A DNA stretch of 63,835 bases, from positions 1 to 63,835 of the forward strand of contig NW_021831857.1 in NCBI RefSeq assembly GCF_006345805.1, given 5' to 3'. The stretch's first letter is position 1. Each line of letters begins with the position of its first letter. This document shows positions 38,737-52,077 of this stretch, in pieces. The translations under genes and the position numbers were made by a program. The notes under the pieces are model-generated. The model ran no database searches. It worked only from the letters and a program-made list of their open reading frames with translations, and had not been told where the DNA came from. This stretch comes from Octopus sinensis. Lineage: Eukaryota.

Positions 38737-39330
38737 CTAGCAGAAATACCCGGCATTGCTGGGGACTACAATGGCAAAGTGGTATATAATATATTCCACT
38801 CATTTTGAAACAGGTGATATGGGAATGTGGAACATTGACAACAAAACATTTGTAGAGTAAATGCTGGGCTAATTCGACTAAGCAACATGCTCTGCGTCCG
38901 TTTGGAGTGTTTCAGGCCCTAACATGTCATGCAAAATTGGAGGTGGGGTTCTGTGATTTTGAACGCACCGAAAAGCTGTCAGTGGATACACTCTCCTTTG
39001 CAGCAGTGTGCGCTGTGTCTAGCACGACCCATCATCGGAAATTTTGACACCTCACGTCGGGTTTGATGTCCTACATCTCTCATAGAGTAAATTTGGAGGA
39101 AATTTGGTTTGTTCATCGCGCGGTACCAGAGAACAATGAGGGGATAGACTTGCCCTTGAACTTTGACGTCGGCCCCGTAATTCATGTTTATCTATCTTCT
39201 TAGATTCACCAAAGGATGTCATTTGAAATTCAGATTTTTATTGTCTGATATTGTTCAGAAAATCCTTGACTGGATGGAAGCGCCCTCTAGAAGATTACTA
39301 GGGGTTGAGATGGTAGTGTTGGCAATGATA
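38737..39330 (-). mobile_element. Helitron remnant (Rep fragment plus 3' hairpin/CTAG) in intron 1, copy B (paralogue at about 56015-56620)
   Basis: ctagcagaaatacccggcattgctggg at 38737, plus the KVQGQVY / FLQIY remnants. Confidence 0.75.
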
Positions 39331-39421
39331 TGTCCGAATATGTTGCATTGTTTTAAGTTCTAAACGATACTAAAATACCCTGAAGTTCTATTTATATGAT
39401 GCTATTTCTATTTTTTCACAG

Positions 39422-39473
39422 AACCGTTTCATCTCCAAGAAATCTCTCGACGATAAACCTGATGACACACCAA
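39422..39473 (+). CDS. Exon 2, copy B (NRFISKKSLDDKPDDTP)
   Basis: Canonical AG/GT sites; 52 nt; intact. Confidence 0.85.
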
Positions 39474-39699
39474 GTAAGAACTGATTTTATGGCTAAAGTC
39501 TTTTACCCGTGACTCATTAACTAATGGTTTATAATTTCACCAACTTTGAATTAGTTCCACATTACTATCCTTATGTCCACAATAATATATACTAAGACAC
39601 TTGCCTGAATTTATTTCAAACTATATTGTACTTTACAATAATTTCCTGAATAAAATGCTTTTATATACTATGCCATTTATTGCGTGTTTATGAGTATAT

Positions 39700-41770
39700 A
39701 TGCAGTGCTACGTCGATAATTGTACCAAGCCCTCTTCATCTGAGAATCAAATGCCCGAGCTGGCGCTTCACTGCGTTTATATCTACAATTCAGCATTCTG
39801 ACCACTCTTGTGCTTCCAATCGTTCGTGAATAGAGACCCGAAATAATGATGTTTCACTTTCCGACACAGTGCGTATTTGTCAATCCTTCCTTGGGGTACT
39901 CGGCAGCCAACCAATTCAGTGCACGTTGTTGGTGACCATCAGACGAATCAGGTAGCAGCATGTCGTCTGCAAATAACAGTCGACCGATCACGTAGAGATG
40001 GATTGGGATACCTCTACCACAATGGCTGCGCATATTCAACCAGATCACAAAAAGAATGTGAGAAGGTGCACTAACAATGCACACTTCAACAAAGTGAAAC
40101 CTTCTCGTTGAAAAATTTCGACTTTTACATAAATACAATCATTTGAACATCCATATAAGTACTTTATGGCAACCATTAAAATCACCTTCCTGGTAAACCA
40201 TCCGTAACATGCCCCAGGGCACGTGATCGTGTGCATTTTCGTGGTTTACAGCGAATAAATCTGGAAATGCTTCAACGATTTCTTGAAGATCTGTCTTTGA
40301 ACGACTATGTGGTCGGGTTTTTGTGTAGTGCGTCCTGGACAGTAATCTTGGGGCGTGACAATTTCCCTAAATATCTTTTACTGTCATTTAGTGTAGGCTT
40401 TTCTATAATTAGAACACGCTACTTGGTCTCTGTTGAAAAATTGTGATTATCACACCATATTACCATTGCCTTGGTGTTTTTTGAATCGGTCCATCAACCT
40501 AGCGTACATGTGTCACTCAGAGAATACCATCTGTATTCAAGGTTTCTAAAATATCAAGCCGAACGTGCTTTTCACCAGCAGCTTTATCACTTTTAAGTGA
40601 GTTTTGCTCAAATAAGCGTTCGACCGAAGAAGAACCTGCCGAAAATAATAATACAACCACGAATCCATTTCGATGTCCAACTTCATTCAGGCGGGTCACT
40701 CTCAATTTGGATGCAAAAGTCTCCACATTTTCGTTTCTGATCCAGCATCCACTGCGGCTTCCAACTGTATTCTGTAGGTCGCACTGGACTTACCAATTTC
40801 CAGTGTTCGGCAGACCGTAGAAATTTTCAGGTTTTCAGATATGTTGGTAGTGCGAGTTGACAATTCCACCCCTCCTTTTACCCGAACGTTCAGCAAAGAG
40901 TGAAAGATGAACCGAACACTATCAGAAACCTCTGTCTCAAGTATTTCTATACCAGGGACCCTTATAAATATCCCTGTCTTCAAATAATATCTATACCATA
41001 GAGAGGAGAGTGTGTATCCTGCACAGAAGCTGCTATGACCTCTCCATTAAGTTCACTGACGACGTTCCTTCCAATCAATCCTTCTCACGGTTATCAGTGC
41101 CAAGGTGTGCACTGAAGTCTCCTTGCAGGAAAAATGACTTTACCCCAAATATATCTAAAGCTGAGATGAATTTGCTTAGGAAGGATTTGTATTTTGACCT
41201 AGCTGTTTGCTGCATATACTTTCAACAGCCACAGTGGTCTTTCATATTCAGCCTTAGTTTTCAAGAGGTGAACCCTCACACCTAGTAGGTTTCACTCCAT
41301 TATACAATCCGAAAGCTGGGGATTGAGAGTATCTATCCACCTTCCCACCTGTGCAGACATTGTGGCACCACGTTGCGTAGTGGAGTTTCAAGCCTATATC
41401 CAGGTGTACGCTATCGGAGAAACGAAATTTTGTAGAGGAGGAAACCGATTTTCTAGACACCGGATATAATCTTACAGATTATATCTAACAATTTTGACGT
41501 TTTAATTCTCAATTATTAAAGGTTGTTCCCTTCTTGATCTGCTTTCGTGTCCTGAGACCGTCAATTTTTAGCTCCACCCCACGCACGCCAGATTAATTGC
41601 AGGCTTCTTGCTGGTTGCACCGGTATTGGGTGGGTTGTGCTATACATTTATCGATCGGACTCCTCTACTCGAGATACGGATGCGATGTCTTTTAACTAAA
41701 TCGACAAATGATGCGGTATGGTGTTATTTCATATTGTAGTTATGATGGCCTTATTTGCGCCGAGTTCCAA
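39700..41770 (-). mobile_element. Degenerate RTE-like LINE in intron 2, copy B
   Basis: ORF 39854..40138 RLLFADDMLL...QRALNWLAAE; 40517..40726 LKSDKAAGE; 40702..40983 RVKGGVELST. Confidence 0.75.
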
Positions 41771-42188
41771 ACTGATATTTGTAATTGACCGATGAATATT
41801 CGCACCTGGCGAATATTTTATCATTATTCTATTGAGTTTTATCATTATTCTATTGAGAAGTATATATACTCATACCCAAGTGTTACGTATCATACATACA
41901 TCCGTTCATAGCGGAGACCGATACACATTCTGATATTCTGAGATTAATCTCTCAAATCTTTGACATCAACGTCACCAACAGGGCTCAACAGACAAATGTC
42001 TTTTTTCTTTCTTTACAATTTATTCTTATTATTTACATCTTTCGTTCTGACTTTCATTCATTCACTCGTTCTTTCTTAAATTCTATAATTTTCTCTTCTC
42101 CATCAATTCCTTCTCATCCACAATCTACTTTGTAAATGATTCCCCAATTCTTTCTTTTAAACTACATTATTCCATTTTAATTTCACAG

Positions 42189-42262
42189 AACCCGGTCTCG
42201 GATCATTGTATACCGGTGGGGCAGAACAACTTGTCCTCCTTATTCAAAACTTGTATATGAAG
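42189..42262 (+). pseudogene. Exon 3, copy B, 1-nt deletion
   Basis: gtataccggtgggg versus gtatacccggtgggg in A2; 74 nt versus 75; splice sites intact. May be a homopolymer sequencing error. Confidence 0.7.
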
Positions 42263-43313
42263 GTTAGTATAATTTATATTCTGATCTCTCATTCTCTTTT
42301 TGTCTTTCTCTTGTTCTCTTTTTATACCTCTCATTCTCTCTTTTTGTTGCCTCTCTTTCTCTCTAACCCTCTCTCTCACGCACACGCACACACAGTCAAC
42401 CTTTGTCGGGTTGTCTAACATAAACATTCTCAAATCCTCTTATGGTATGTCACGTTTCAAACGTCTATACCTGTAGACTATACAGACCACTACACAAGAC
42501 TGCTTACTCCTTTGTGGGTATTTGGTCATATCAGAATATTATATGTTGTCTACTACGGACCAAGTGAAAAGGATGCTAACTGGTGATCAATTGTACAGGC
42601 TACGGATGGTGGTATTGTACGTGAGTGACCAGAGCTGAATAGTGGCCACTTGACTATTTTAAACTAGAATGCGCAATGATCGTAGGTGTGGGCTAAATTG
42701 AATAGAGTCTATTAGAATTGATGACAGTGACTGTAAATGGTTAAAGGGAATAAACACACCAATGTAGAATGAGGACTGGACAAGCCAATGCTTTAAGTGA
42801 TGGAAAAAGCTAAGGACTGTATTCATTAAGTAAAATAGAGAGACTAATATTAGTGAGAGAACACAACAGAGTACAGAATGCACTTCTATTCTTCTCTGCC
42901 TCACGAAATCGTCCTATCGCTAACATTGCTCTTTCAGGCACCACATCACCTCATTAATTCCAGTAGTATATCTTTGTAAGGTATTCCGAAACTTCCAATT
43001 CAAAACTGCTGCTACAAACTGCGTCCCCAATCAACCTCACATTCCTTAGAAATGCTCTGAATCTGCTCTTTATAAAACCCTATACGTATGTTTTTCGGTC
43101 GCGCTTCCATCACCAAAAAATATCCCCGTTCACTCGTGAAAACCTTTTCCATTTCGGGTAAACACGAGTACATGCGTTACAGAATTCCTTTCTTTTTCTC
43201 TTCTATTAACATCCACGCAAAAACACTTCCCCATGGTAACATACATAATAATCCACGTCATAACGTCAAATACTTACCCGTATAAACACAACATATATAT
43301 ACATATATATACA

Positions 43314-43344
<31 letters not shown>

Positions 43345-43399
43345 ATTATTATATATATATATATATATCAAAATAAAAACAAGATGCGAAGGATTCAGC

Positions 43400-43490
43400 G
43401 CGGCGGTAGTATGTACATTGTTTCGGGCCTTTATTAGACAGATTTATATAACAATGCATAATGTATGTATGTGGCCTTCTTCAGCCGCGC
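43400..43490 (-). ncRNA. Degenerate type I hammerhead motif (left terminus)
   Basis: GCGG-CUGAAGA-AGGCC...GGCCC-GAAA-CAAUGUA; extra nucleotides separate the triplet from the CCGC stem I strand. Confidence 0.5.
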
Positions 43491-45352
43491 ACAACAACTT
43501 CCACAAGGGCATGTGTTACATCAAAAGTTCTTGGTTGGGGATGCAAATCCTCCCATTCGCGTACGACATAATGCGGCAGCAGCATAGAATTGAAGCGTCC
43601 ATCTCTTGCTTCTCTCAATGTAGGATGAGGAAAAATGGATGTTGAAGTAATGTAATAAATAAATACATGTATATACGTGAAGATGGAGGGGCGAGAATTC
43701 AGGACGAGGGATAAAAAATGTATAAAAAGTGTAAGTATAGAAAAATATAAAAATGTAGAGCATAAAGATATAAAGAGATATAAGGAGATGTAAAGGGGGT
43801 ATAAAGAATATAAAGAAATATAAAGAAATATAAATAAATGTAAAGGCATAAGGTTATAAAGTAAAAATAGAAATAGAAATAAAAATAAAAGTAGTAAAAT
43901 AACATGATAAAAATGTAACAAGATATAAAAAAAAATATAAGATAAGGGATGTATAGAGGTTAAGGACCAAGCATGGTGGTCAGGATATTGATAAAATTTA
44001 GTTGTAGAATTGTCAGTAAATCAACAGTTTCGTCTGGGGACCTAATGCGTTGTAAATCAGAGTTGTTGAGCGTTTAATCTGGTTCCTTGAATTATTTGGA
44101 CTTCTAGTACATACATACCACATGGATACACACAACCATATACACGCGTACATATACGCCTCCAAGCCTATAAGCATACACACGCACTCGCGTGTAAACA
44201 TGCATATAAACACACACACACCCACACGTACGGGTACACATACATACATACAACAGAATATCCGCATGTATACACGGACACTATACGTGTACACACTCAC
44301 ATGTACATTACGCGCGCCCATCCCCACAACACACACGCATATGCCCACGCTTCCAGGTCTAGATATAAGATATTAAAGGATGTATATAAGAGCGTATGTA
44401 AGGAATCACGTCTATGCGTGTACACACAACACGGCTGTGGTACGTATGTGCGTGCACACATACACCTACACACCACACAGAGACATATGGGTATAGCTAT
44501 AAGATATCAAAATATGCATGTACATATATGCGCGCGTTTATGTATGTATGCGTATACATACGTACACGGACGCTCGCATAGTCAAAAGTGGATCTATAGG
44601 TAAGTAAATAAACATATATAGAGATGTTAAAGCGATAAGTTAGGGGTAAGAATGAGGGGTAAGGGTAAATTAAAAATTAGAAATAAAGTAAGAATACAGT
44701 ATAATAAGAAATACAATGTAATAGTTAGAAATGAAATATAAAAATTATAAAAATTATAAGAGTTAAGGTAAGAGATGAAAATGAAATGAGAATAAATGGA
44801 AGTAGAATAAGAGTAAAATAAAATAAAATAAAATAAGATAAAAATATAATTTAACATGAGATGAAGGTGGTTGAAAGTTAGAGGTGTGTGTTAAATGTGT
44901 CCACGTAGGGGCGGGCGGGGGGAACTGAAAATTGGAGGGTGGGGAAGTGGAGTTTGGCGGTGTGCGTTCAACATCCGAGTTAGAAATGTGAAAGGGTATA
45001 GATATAGGGAAGTAAAGAGACTATTATAGGAAGATATGGGTGTAGGAGAAGAAATATTTAGGGAAAAGAAGTCATGTATGGGAGACAAAATTTGTATATA
45101 TAGGAGGAAAATGCAGGGAAACATATATGCACATACACACACCCCCCCACACACACACACACGCACATATATATATATATATATATATATGTACATATAC
45201 GTACACATATGTGCACATACATATACATACACACACACATACGCATATACATATTCTATGCTGCTGCCGCATTATGTCGTACGCGAATGAGAGGATTTGC
45301 ATCCCCAACAAGAATTTGATGTAAACACATGTCCTTGTGGAAGTTGTTGTGC

Positions 45353-45430
45353 GCGGCTGAAGAAGGCCACAGACATACATTATGCATTGTTATAAATCTG
45401 TCTAATAAAGGCCCGAAACATATGTACCGC
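45353..45430 (+). ncRNA. Type I hammerhead ribozyme motif (right terminus)
   Basis: Stem I GCGG/CCGC; CUGAAGA; stem II GGCC/GGCC with an A.C pair at the base; GAAA; palindrome ACAUAUGU; GUA triplet with predicted cut after 45426. Confidence 0.8.
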
Positions 45431-45540
45431 TGAATCTTCGCATCTTGTTTTTATTTTGATCAAATTACTCCACCACCTACACCACCAATCGGTATACACA
45501 GGTGCTTATAATTATCAAGTACTCACCCGAATTTCTATAC

Positions 45541-45572
<32 letters not shown>

Positions 45573-45640
45573 TATTTATATGTATATATAGATATACATA
45601 CATATTATATATATATATAGATATATAGATATATATATAT

Positions 45641-45690
<50 letters not shown>

Positions 45691-46031
45691 CTATATATGT
45701 ATATATGTTATGTTAATATATCTGCCAGACTATGACAATGAACGGAAGGTCTTATCATATATATAGTTAAATATTTTAAACAATGTTGCTATGAATACAG
45801 TTGAAGTTTAGGGTTTTCCAAAGAATATTTAGAAGAATATTATAACAAAAGGATAGAAATTGTTGAATATTTTTCTATTCATAAGTATTCATAAATTCTT
45901 GATAATTTTATTAACTTCTATGCTGAAGTAGAGACAACGTGATCTTTGAGTATCTCCTTAACTTCTTGGAGATTTTAGGTATAATTATACTAATGTGTCA
46001 ATCTGTTTAATTTAATTAAATCCTATGTTTT

Positions 46032-46119
46032 GTGCAGCTGAAGATTCCTCTATATTTTAAATTGATGTGATTATTGTTTGTTCAATTAAATGGAGTTGCA
46101 TGAAACAATTGTACTGCAT
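46032..46119 (+). ncRNA. Type I hammerhead ribozyme motif in a (TA)n-flanked insertion (about 45720-46150)
   Basis: Stem I GUGCAG/CUGCAU; CUGAAGA (46038-46044); imperfect long stem II; GAAA (46102-46105); palindrome ACAAUUGU; GUA triplet with predicted cut after 46113. Confidence 0.7.
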
Positions 46120-46416
46120 TATCTCTGGATATCCTTGTTACTTACTTTGATATATATATATATATTATATATATATATATTATATATATATATAATATAT
46201 ATATATTATGTTAAAGAGATGCAAATGCACTGCTACGTTCTCGTGCATACAGTATCACACAGCTTACAATCATATAACACTAATATATACACCACAATTC
46301 GTTCACACGCGAGTAAACATGACTTCTCTTTAAGGGTTAAAATGTAATGAATGTTTCCGTTAGTTCATATATAATTGTGCTTAATATCTTTTTACTTGAT
46401 ATTCTTACCAATCAAG

Positions 46417-46909
46417 GTGTGGTTGGTGGACAATTCTTTGACCACAACAGGTGGCGGAAGTAATCTTTGTGTTTACCTAACGATCCCATTGGGCCAATTA
46501 TACGACAGAAGTTGAAGAAGGTGGTTACATTTATGGCAGTGAATATATGAAATATCCCACTACTCAAATAAACTCTTTTCTTTTGCTAACGCTGAATCAA
46601 TTCATGATCACAAGTTCCGTGCGCTGTCTGTTTGACACGAACAACCTGCTGTTTTATGATGTTACCAGCCAGGACACAGTGTTACGCTGGTTGGACAGCT
46701 GAATATTCAGGATATTTGATGACCGAGGGTCTGGTCATAAGGGCAGACTTGAATATGGTGTGTGGATTATGCACCAGAAGCTGATCCAGCGGGTTACAGA
46801 GACGAAAATGGAGCTCTTTATATTCGTTTCAGGCTGCTGGTGGTCATTGCCATGTCCACCGTATGTCAATGGTCGAGAATTAACCTGCGTTGTGTGCAGT
46901 AAATACTGA
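46417..46909 (+). pseudogene. Exon 4, copy B, short-chain collagen C4-like domain with multiple 1-nt indels
   Basis: Colinear with 30552-31051 and ends at the same agtaaatacTGA. The frame is broken several times. Confidence 0.85.
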
Positions 46910-47880
46910 ATCGAATTTACATTCGTTTTTACATGAAATTTATGTTGGCGAATCATAAAATATAATATAATAAAGCAACATATACGTTTCTTGTAATTGT
47001 GTTTCGCAGTATTTTATCCAACTAATATATGTCGTTAAATAAATTGCTGCTACAAGTTTCAGAAATAAATATTCAAAAACGAAACAACAGAGACGTCATA
47101 GAATGTGACAAATAGTTTAAGAGAACGATGTAATCCTCAGAGAATGATTCTAGAATACATTGTATGAGGTTCAGTTATTTAAATTTAAATTTTGAAATAA
47201 AATGATGATTCGTTTAAATGTGTGTGTTGTATTCCGTCTTAAAATGAAAACAATCCCCAAATGAAACATCCGTACAAATATATCCCCTTTCATGATCAAT
47301 CTTCAGAAAACACGATAAAAGCTTATAACTAACATCACTAAATCATGAGGGGTATTAATAAAAAAAATACTCCCATACGTATCATTGTAACTACAATCGA
47401 TGCGATGAAAGCTCTGCAATCCAATCGCGGATATTACTAATAAATGTTGACAACCTTACTACTTGTCAGGTTACTAACACATTGAAGTTTTCACGAAACA
47501 CTTTCGACAAGGGTACAAGTACACGTCCCACGAAGAACTATTTTCAACCTACATTCACATATTCCAGCTTTTCTACAAAAATCACACACACACAGCCTCG
47601 CGTCACATTACACACGCAGCCTCTCATCGTTCCTGAAATCTGATGTGCCAAAATAAAATGTGAAACCACCAAGAATAATAAGAGTAGACTTCAAGAACGG
47701 CATCAACCGAAACTACAGCAACACCACACAAAAACATCGAGTTCAAAAAATTATCTCCGTCTGTAACATAAAACTATCAAACTCGCAGAAGAGGAACTTG
47801 CTTCGAGATACATGCATACAATAACTGTAACACACATAAACGACTTAGTAAGGAAAGGAAGACGACTTATAAAATATACA

Positions 47881-49068
47881 TTAGGTGGAATCAGTGCAAC
47901 ATGTTGAGTCTTTCACACTATACCCAGCATGATTGCTCCTTGTATGTGGGAGTTTGTAGATGGCTGCCAGATAAACGAAGGTATCCGTGGAAAAGAGGGA
48001 TCTGTGGGTGGCAGCACGTTTTTGTCCGATTCATTGCGTGCCATAAGAATGCTCGATTGTGAAAAAGCTAGAGAAAAAGAATAATAATTAAGTAATATGA
48101 AAGCACGAAATGCAAATTGACAAATGAATATATGGAAACATTCAACATGGCGTTTCCAGTGAACAGTATTAGCGCTCAGTATTAGGCATAAGCAATTTTT
48201 AGGTTCGTTAAAATGTGATAATGGCATATTTCAAACTCTAAACGCAAATTCTGTGCAAAAAGCTGCTAAAACAGCATATCAGTCCCAGTGCTGCTCCCTA
48301 TCGGGTTCCAGTTCAGCCGTAATCAGAGAGAAAATACCGAAGAGGGGAATATCTGGACAAACTTAAAGCCATAGCTTTAACTAAACATAGTCAACAACAA
48401 CGAGTAAGTGACGCCATTAGAGCGCCAGGCTGGAGTCTGTCGTGAGTTACCTCCCTTCGGTATTTCTCTTTGATAATATACTTCGCTAGAGGAGTTGACT
48501 TCAACCTTGTGCCCCAAAGTAACTGCGGTCGGGTACGGGTTCGCATCTTCCTTCTGGTGTGTGTGTGTATGTGTGTGTGTGTGGTGTGTGTGTGTGTGTG
48601 TGTTGTGTCAGTGAGTGTGTGGTGTCGGTGTGTGTGTGTGTCACTCTGTGTGTGTCAGTGTGTGTGTGTGTGTCAGCGTGTGTGTCATGTCAGTGGTGTG
48701 TGGTGTGTGTGTGTGTGTGTTGTGTCAGTGTGAGTGTCAGTATGTGTGCGTCAGTGTCAGTGTGTGTGTATGTGTGTGTGTGTGTGTCAGTGTGTGTGTG
48801 TTGTGTGTCTGTGTGTGTGTGGGTGTCAGTGTGTGTTGTGTGTCAGTGTGTGTGGATCAATGTGTACGTGTCAGCGTGTGTGAGTGTGTGTGTCAATGTT
48901 GTGTGTGGTGTGGTTTATGTCAGTGTTTGTGTGTGTTTGAGTGTCAGTGTGTGTGATTGTATGTGTGTGTCAGTTTGTGTGTATGTCAGTGTGGTGTGTG
49001 TGTATGTGTGTCAGGGTCTGTGTGTGTGGTTATGTATTTCAGTGTGGCGTTTGTATGTGTGTCAGTGT

Positions 49069-49101
<33 letters not shown>

Positions 49102-49500
49102 GTGTCAGTGTGTATGTCAGTGTGTGCTGTGTATGTCAGTGTGTGGTGTGTGTATGTATGTAGTGTGTGTGTGTGCGTCAGTTGTGTGTGTGTGACAGTG
49201 TGTGTGCGTGTTGTATTTGTGTTGTGAGTGTCAATGTGTATGTGTGTGTGTCGTGGTGTGTGTGTGACAGTGTGTGTGTGACAGTGTGTTTGTGGTATGT
49301 CAGTGTGTGGGTGTGTGTCAGTGTGTGTGTCTATATGTAAGTGTGTGCGGGTGTATGTGTGTGAGTGTGTGTTTGTGTGTGTGTGTGAGTGTGTGTCTGC
49401 GTGTTTGTGTGTGTGTGTGTCTGTCTGTGGGTGTGGGTGTGTGTGTTGGAGTTTGTGTCAGTGTGTGCTGGTGGTTTGTGTGTGCCAGGTGTGTGTGTGT

Positions 49501-49545
<45 letters not shown>

Positions 49546-51600
49546 TTTTGTGTATGTGTATTCGTCTGTTGAACGAAGCGTACTCCCCACTGAATATTAA
49601 AAAGTTTCCCAAGAATAACAAAATAAAATTAATTACAACATTAGTAAATAAATATATACATTAGGTGGATCATCAGTGCAACATGTTGAGTCTTTCACAC
49701 TATACCCAGCATGATGCTCCTTGTATGTGGGAGTTTGTAGAATGGCTGCCAGATAAACGAAGGTATCCGTGGAAAGAGGGATCTGTGTGTGGCAGCACGT
49801 TTTGTTTTGTCCGATTAATTGCGTGCCATTAAGAATGTCTTGTCGATTGTGAAAAAGCTAGAGAAAAGAATAATAATTAAGTAATATGAAAGCACGAAAT
49901 GCAAATTGACAAATGAATATATGGAAACATTCAACATGGCGTTTCCAGTGAACAGTTATAGCGCTCTCAGTATCAGGCATAAGCAATTTTTGGGTTCGTT
50001 AAAATGTGCTAATGGCAAAAAACAGTGCTGCTCCCTATCAGGTCTCACTTCAGCCTATATCAAAAGAAAATACCGAAGAGGGGAATATCTGGACAAACTT
50101 AAAGCCATAGCTTTAACTAAAACATAGTCAACAACAACGGTAAGTGACGCCATTAGAGCGCCAGGCTGGAGTCTGTCGTGAGTGTACTCTCCCTTCGGTA
50201 TTTCTCTTTCATAAATTCTTCGCTAGAGGAGTGACTTCAACCTTGTGCCCAACTGTAACTGCGGTCGCTCGTACGTGCCGCATCTTTCCTTGTGTGTGTT
50301 GTGTGTGTGTGTGGGTTTTTGTATGCGTGGGTTGTATGTGTGCGTGTGTGTGTGTCAGTGTGTTGTGTGTCTTAGTGTGTGTGTGTGTGTATGTCAGTGG
50401 GTGTGATTTGTGTGTTGTATGTGTGTGTGTGTGTGTGTGTCAGTGTGTGTGTGTGGGTGGGTGTTTGTGTGTTTGCATGTTTGTGTGTGTGTGTGTGTCA
50501 ATGTGTGTATGTCAGTGTGTGGTGTGAGTGTCAGTGTGTGGTGTGTTGTGTGTGTGTGTGTCAGTGTGTGGTGTATCAGTGTGTGTGTGTGGGTGTGTGT
50601 GCTGTGTGTGTGTTTGATGTGTGTGTGTGGTGTAGGTGTGTGTGTGTCAGTGAGTGTGTTGTATGTCAATGGTGTGTGAGTGTCAGGTGTGTGTGTGTCA
50701 GTGTGTGTGCGTCACTGTATGGGTGTGTCAGTATGTTGAGTGTTGTGTGTAGTGTGTGTGTGTTCAGTGTGTGTGTGTCAGTGGTTGTGTGTGTCAGTGT
50801 GTGTGTGTCAGTCTGGTGTTTCTGTGTGTGTGTGTGTATGTGTGTATGTCAGTGTTTTGTGTGTGTGTGGTGTGTGTCAGTGTGTGTGTGTGTGTTTGTG
50901 CAGTGTGTGTGTGTATGTGTGTGTATTCAGGGTGTGTGGTGGTGCTGTCAGTGTGTGTGGTTGGTCAGTGTGTGTGTGTGTTTATGTGTGTGTGTAGTGT
51001 GGGTGTCAGTATGTCAGTGTGTGGTGTGTGTGTGTGTACAGTGTGTGTATGTGTATGTGTGTGTCAGTGTGTGTGTGTATACAGTGTGCGTGTGTTGGTG
51101 TGGGTTTGTTTGCATGCATGTGTGTGTCTGTGTGTAGGTGTGTGTGTGTCATTGTGTGTGTATGTCAGCGTGTGTGTGTGTGTTTGTGTGTGTCAGTGTG
51201 TGTGTGTGTGTGTGTGTTGTGTCTGTAAGTGTGTGTGCGTCACTGTGTGTGGTGTCAGTATGTGTGTATGTTAGTGTGTGTGTGTGTGTGTCAGTGTGTG
51301 TGTATGGTATGTATGAAAGTGTGTTCGTGTGTATGTGTGTCGTTGTGTGTGTGGTGTAGGTATGTGTGTGTGTGTGTGTCAGTGTGTGTGTGTGTGTGTC
51401 AGTGTGTGTGTGGTATGTTATGTCAGTGTGCACGAGTGTTTGTGTGCCAGTGTCTCTGTGTGTGTGTTTCAGTGTGTGTTTGCGCGTCAGGTGTGTTTTT
51501 AAGTGTGTGTCTGTGTATTCGTCGGTTGAACGAAATACTTCCCACACTGAATATTACAAACAGCTTCCCAATAATAACAAATAAATTAAATAAAAACATT
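47881..51600. repeat. Tandem duplication of a 1780-bp intergenic block that includes the (TG)n tract
   Basis: ttaggtgg...cagtgcaacatgttgagtc starts at 47881 and again at 49661. The A2-B intergenic region has one copy (32050-33790). Confidence 0.85.
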
Positions 51601-51934
51601 AGTAAATAAATATATCATAATATATCCAGACAGAGGAATCATTTCACCTTACACGTGTCTCTCATTCATCAGAATATTTGCTAATTATTGTGTGACAACA
51701 TCAAACCATCTCTTTCCAATAATTAAACCTGTCAGATAGTTCACACACCCGCTTTTACAGTTCCACCAATCGCATTGGTTCATAAATTTACGATAAGACT
51801 CTATGCCAGAGCTGGGTTGTTGTGCGCTCAATAAATACGTGGAATTCAGTTACAGGTCTTCAGCTTAAACCTCGCATCCTCTCTTTTGTTGAAGCCACAC
51901 GAAGTATCACGTACGGCCGACAACTGTCACCAGA

Positions 51935-52077
51935 ATGGATTTCGCACAACTGTCCAGGAATATTTCGCAGCGTTATTCCATTCTTCTCTCATAGCTTTTG
52001 GGGTTCTTCTCGTTCTGACGATCGTGATTCTTCATCAAGATTCAAGAATAGGAAAAATGGAAGAGAAATCGAAAACG
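51935..52077 (+). pseudogene. Exon 1, copy C, 1-nt deletion
   Basis: ATG at 51935 and ACG|gtaagt donor; 143 nt versus 144 (ccattctt versus ccatttctt). Confidence 0.75.

Larger units (their letters stand above)
43367..45460. mobile_element. 2.1-kb element with about 220-bp inverted termini containing hammerhead motifs (Penelope-like inverted pLTRs)
   Basis: 43367-43590 and 45253-45460 are reverse complements. The interior is purine-skewed low-complexity and CA-repeat DNA. Present only in copy B intron 3. Confidence 0.75.
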
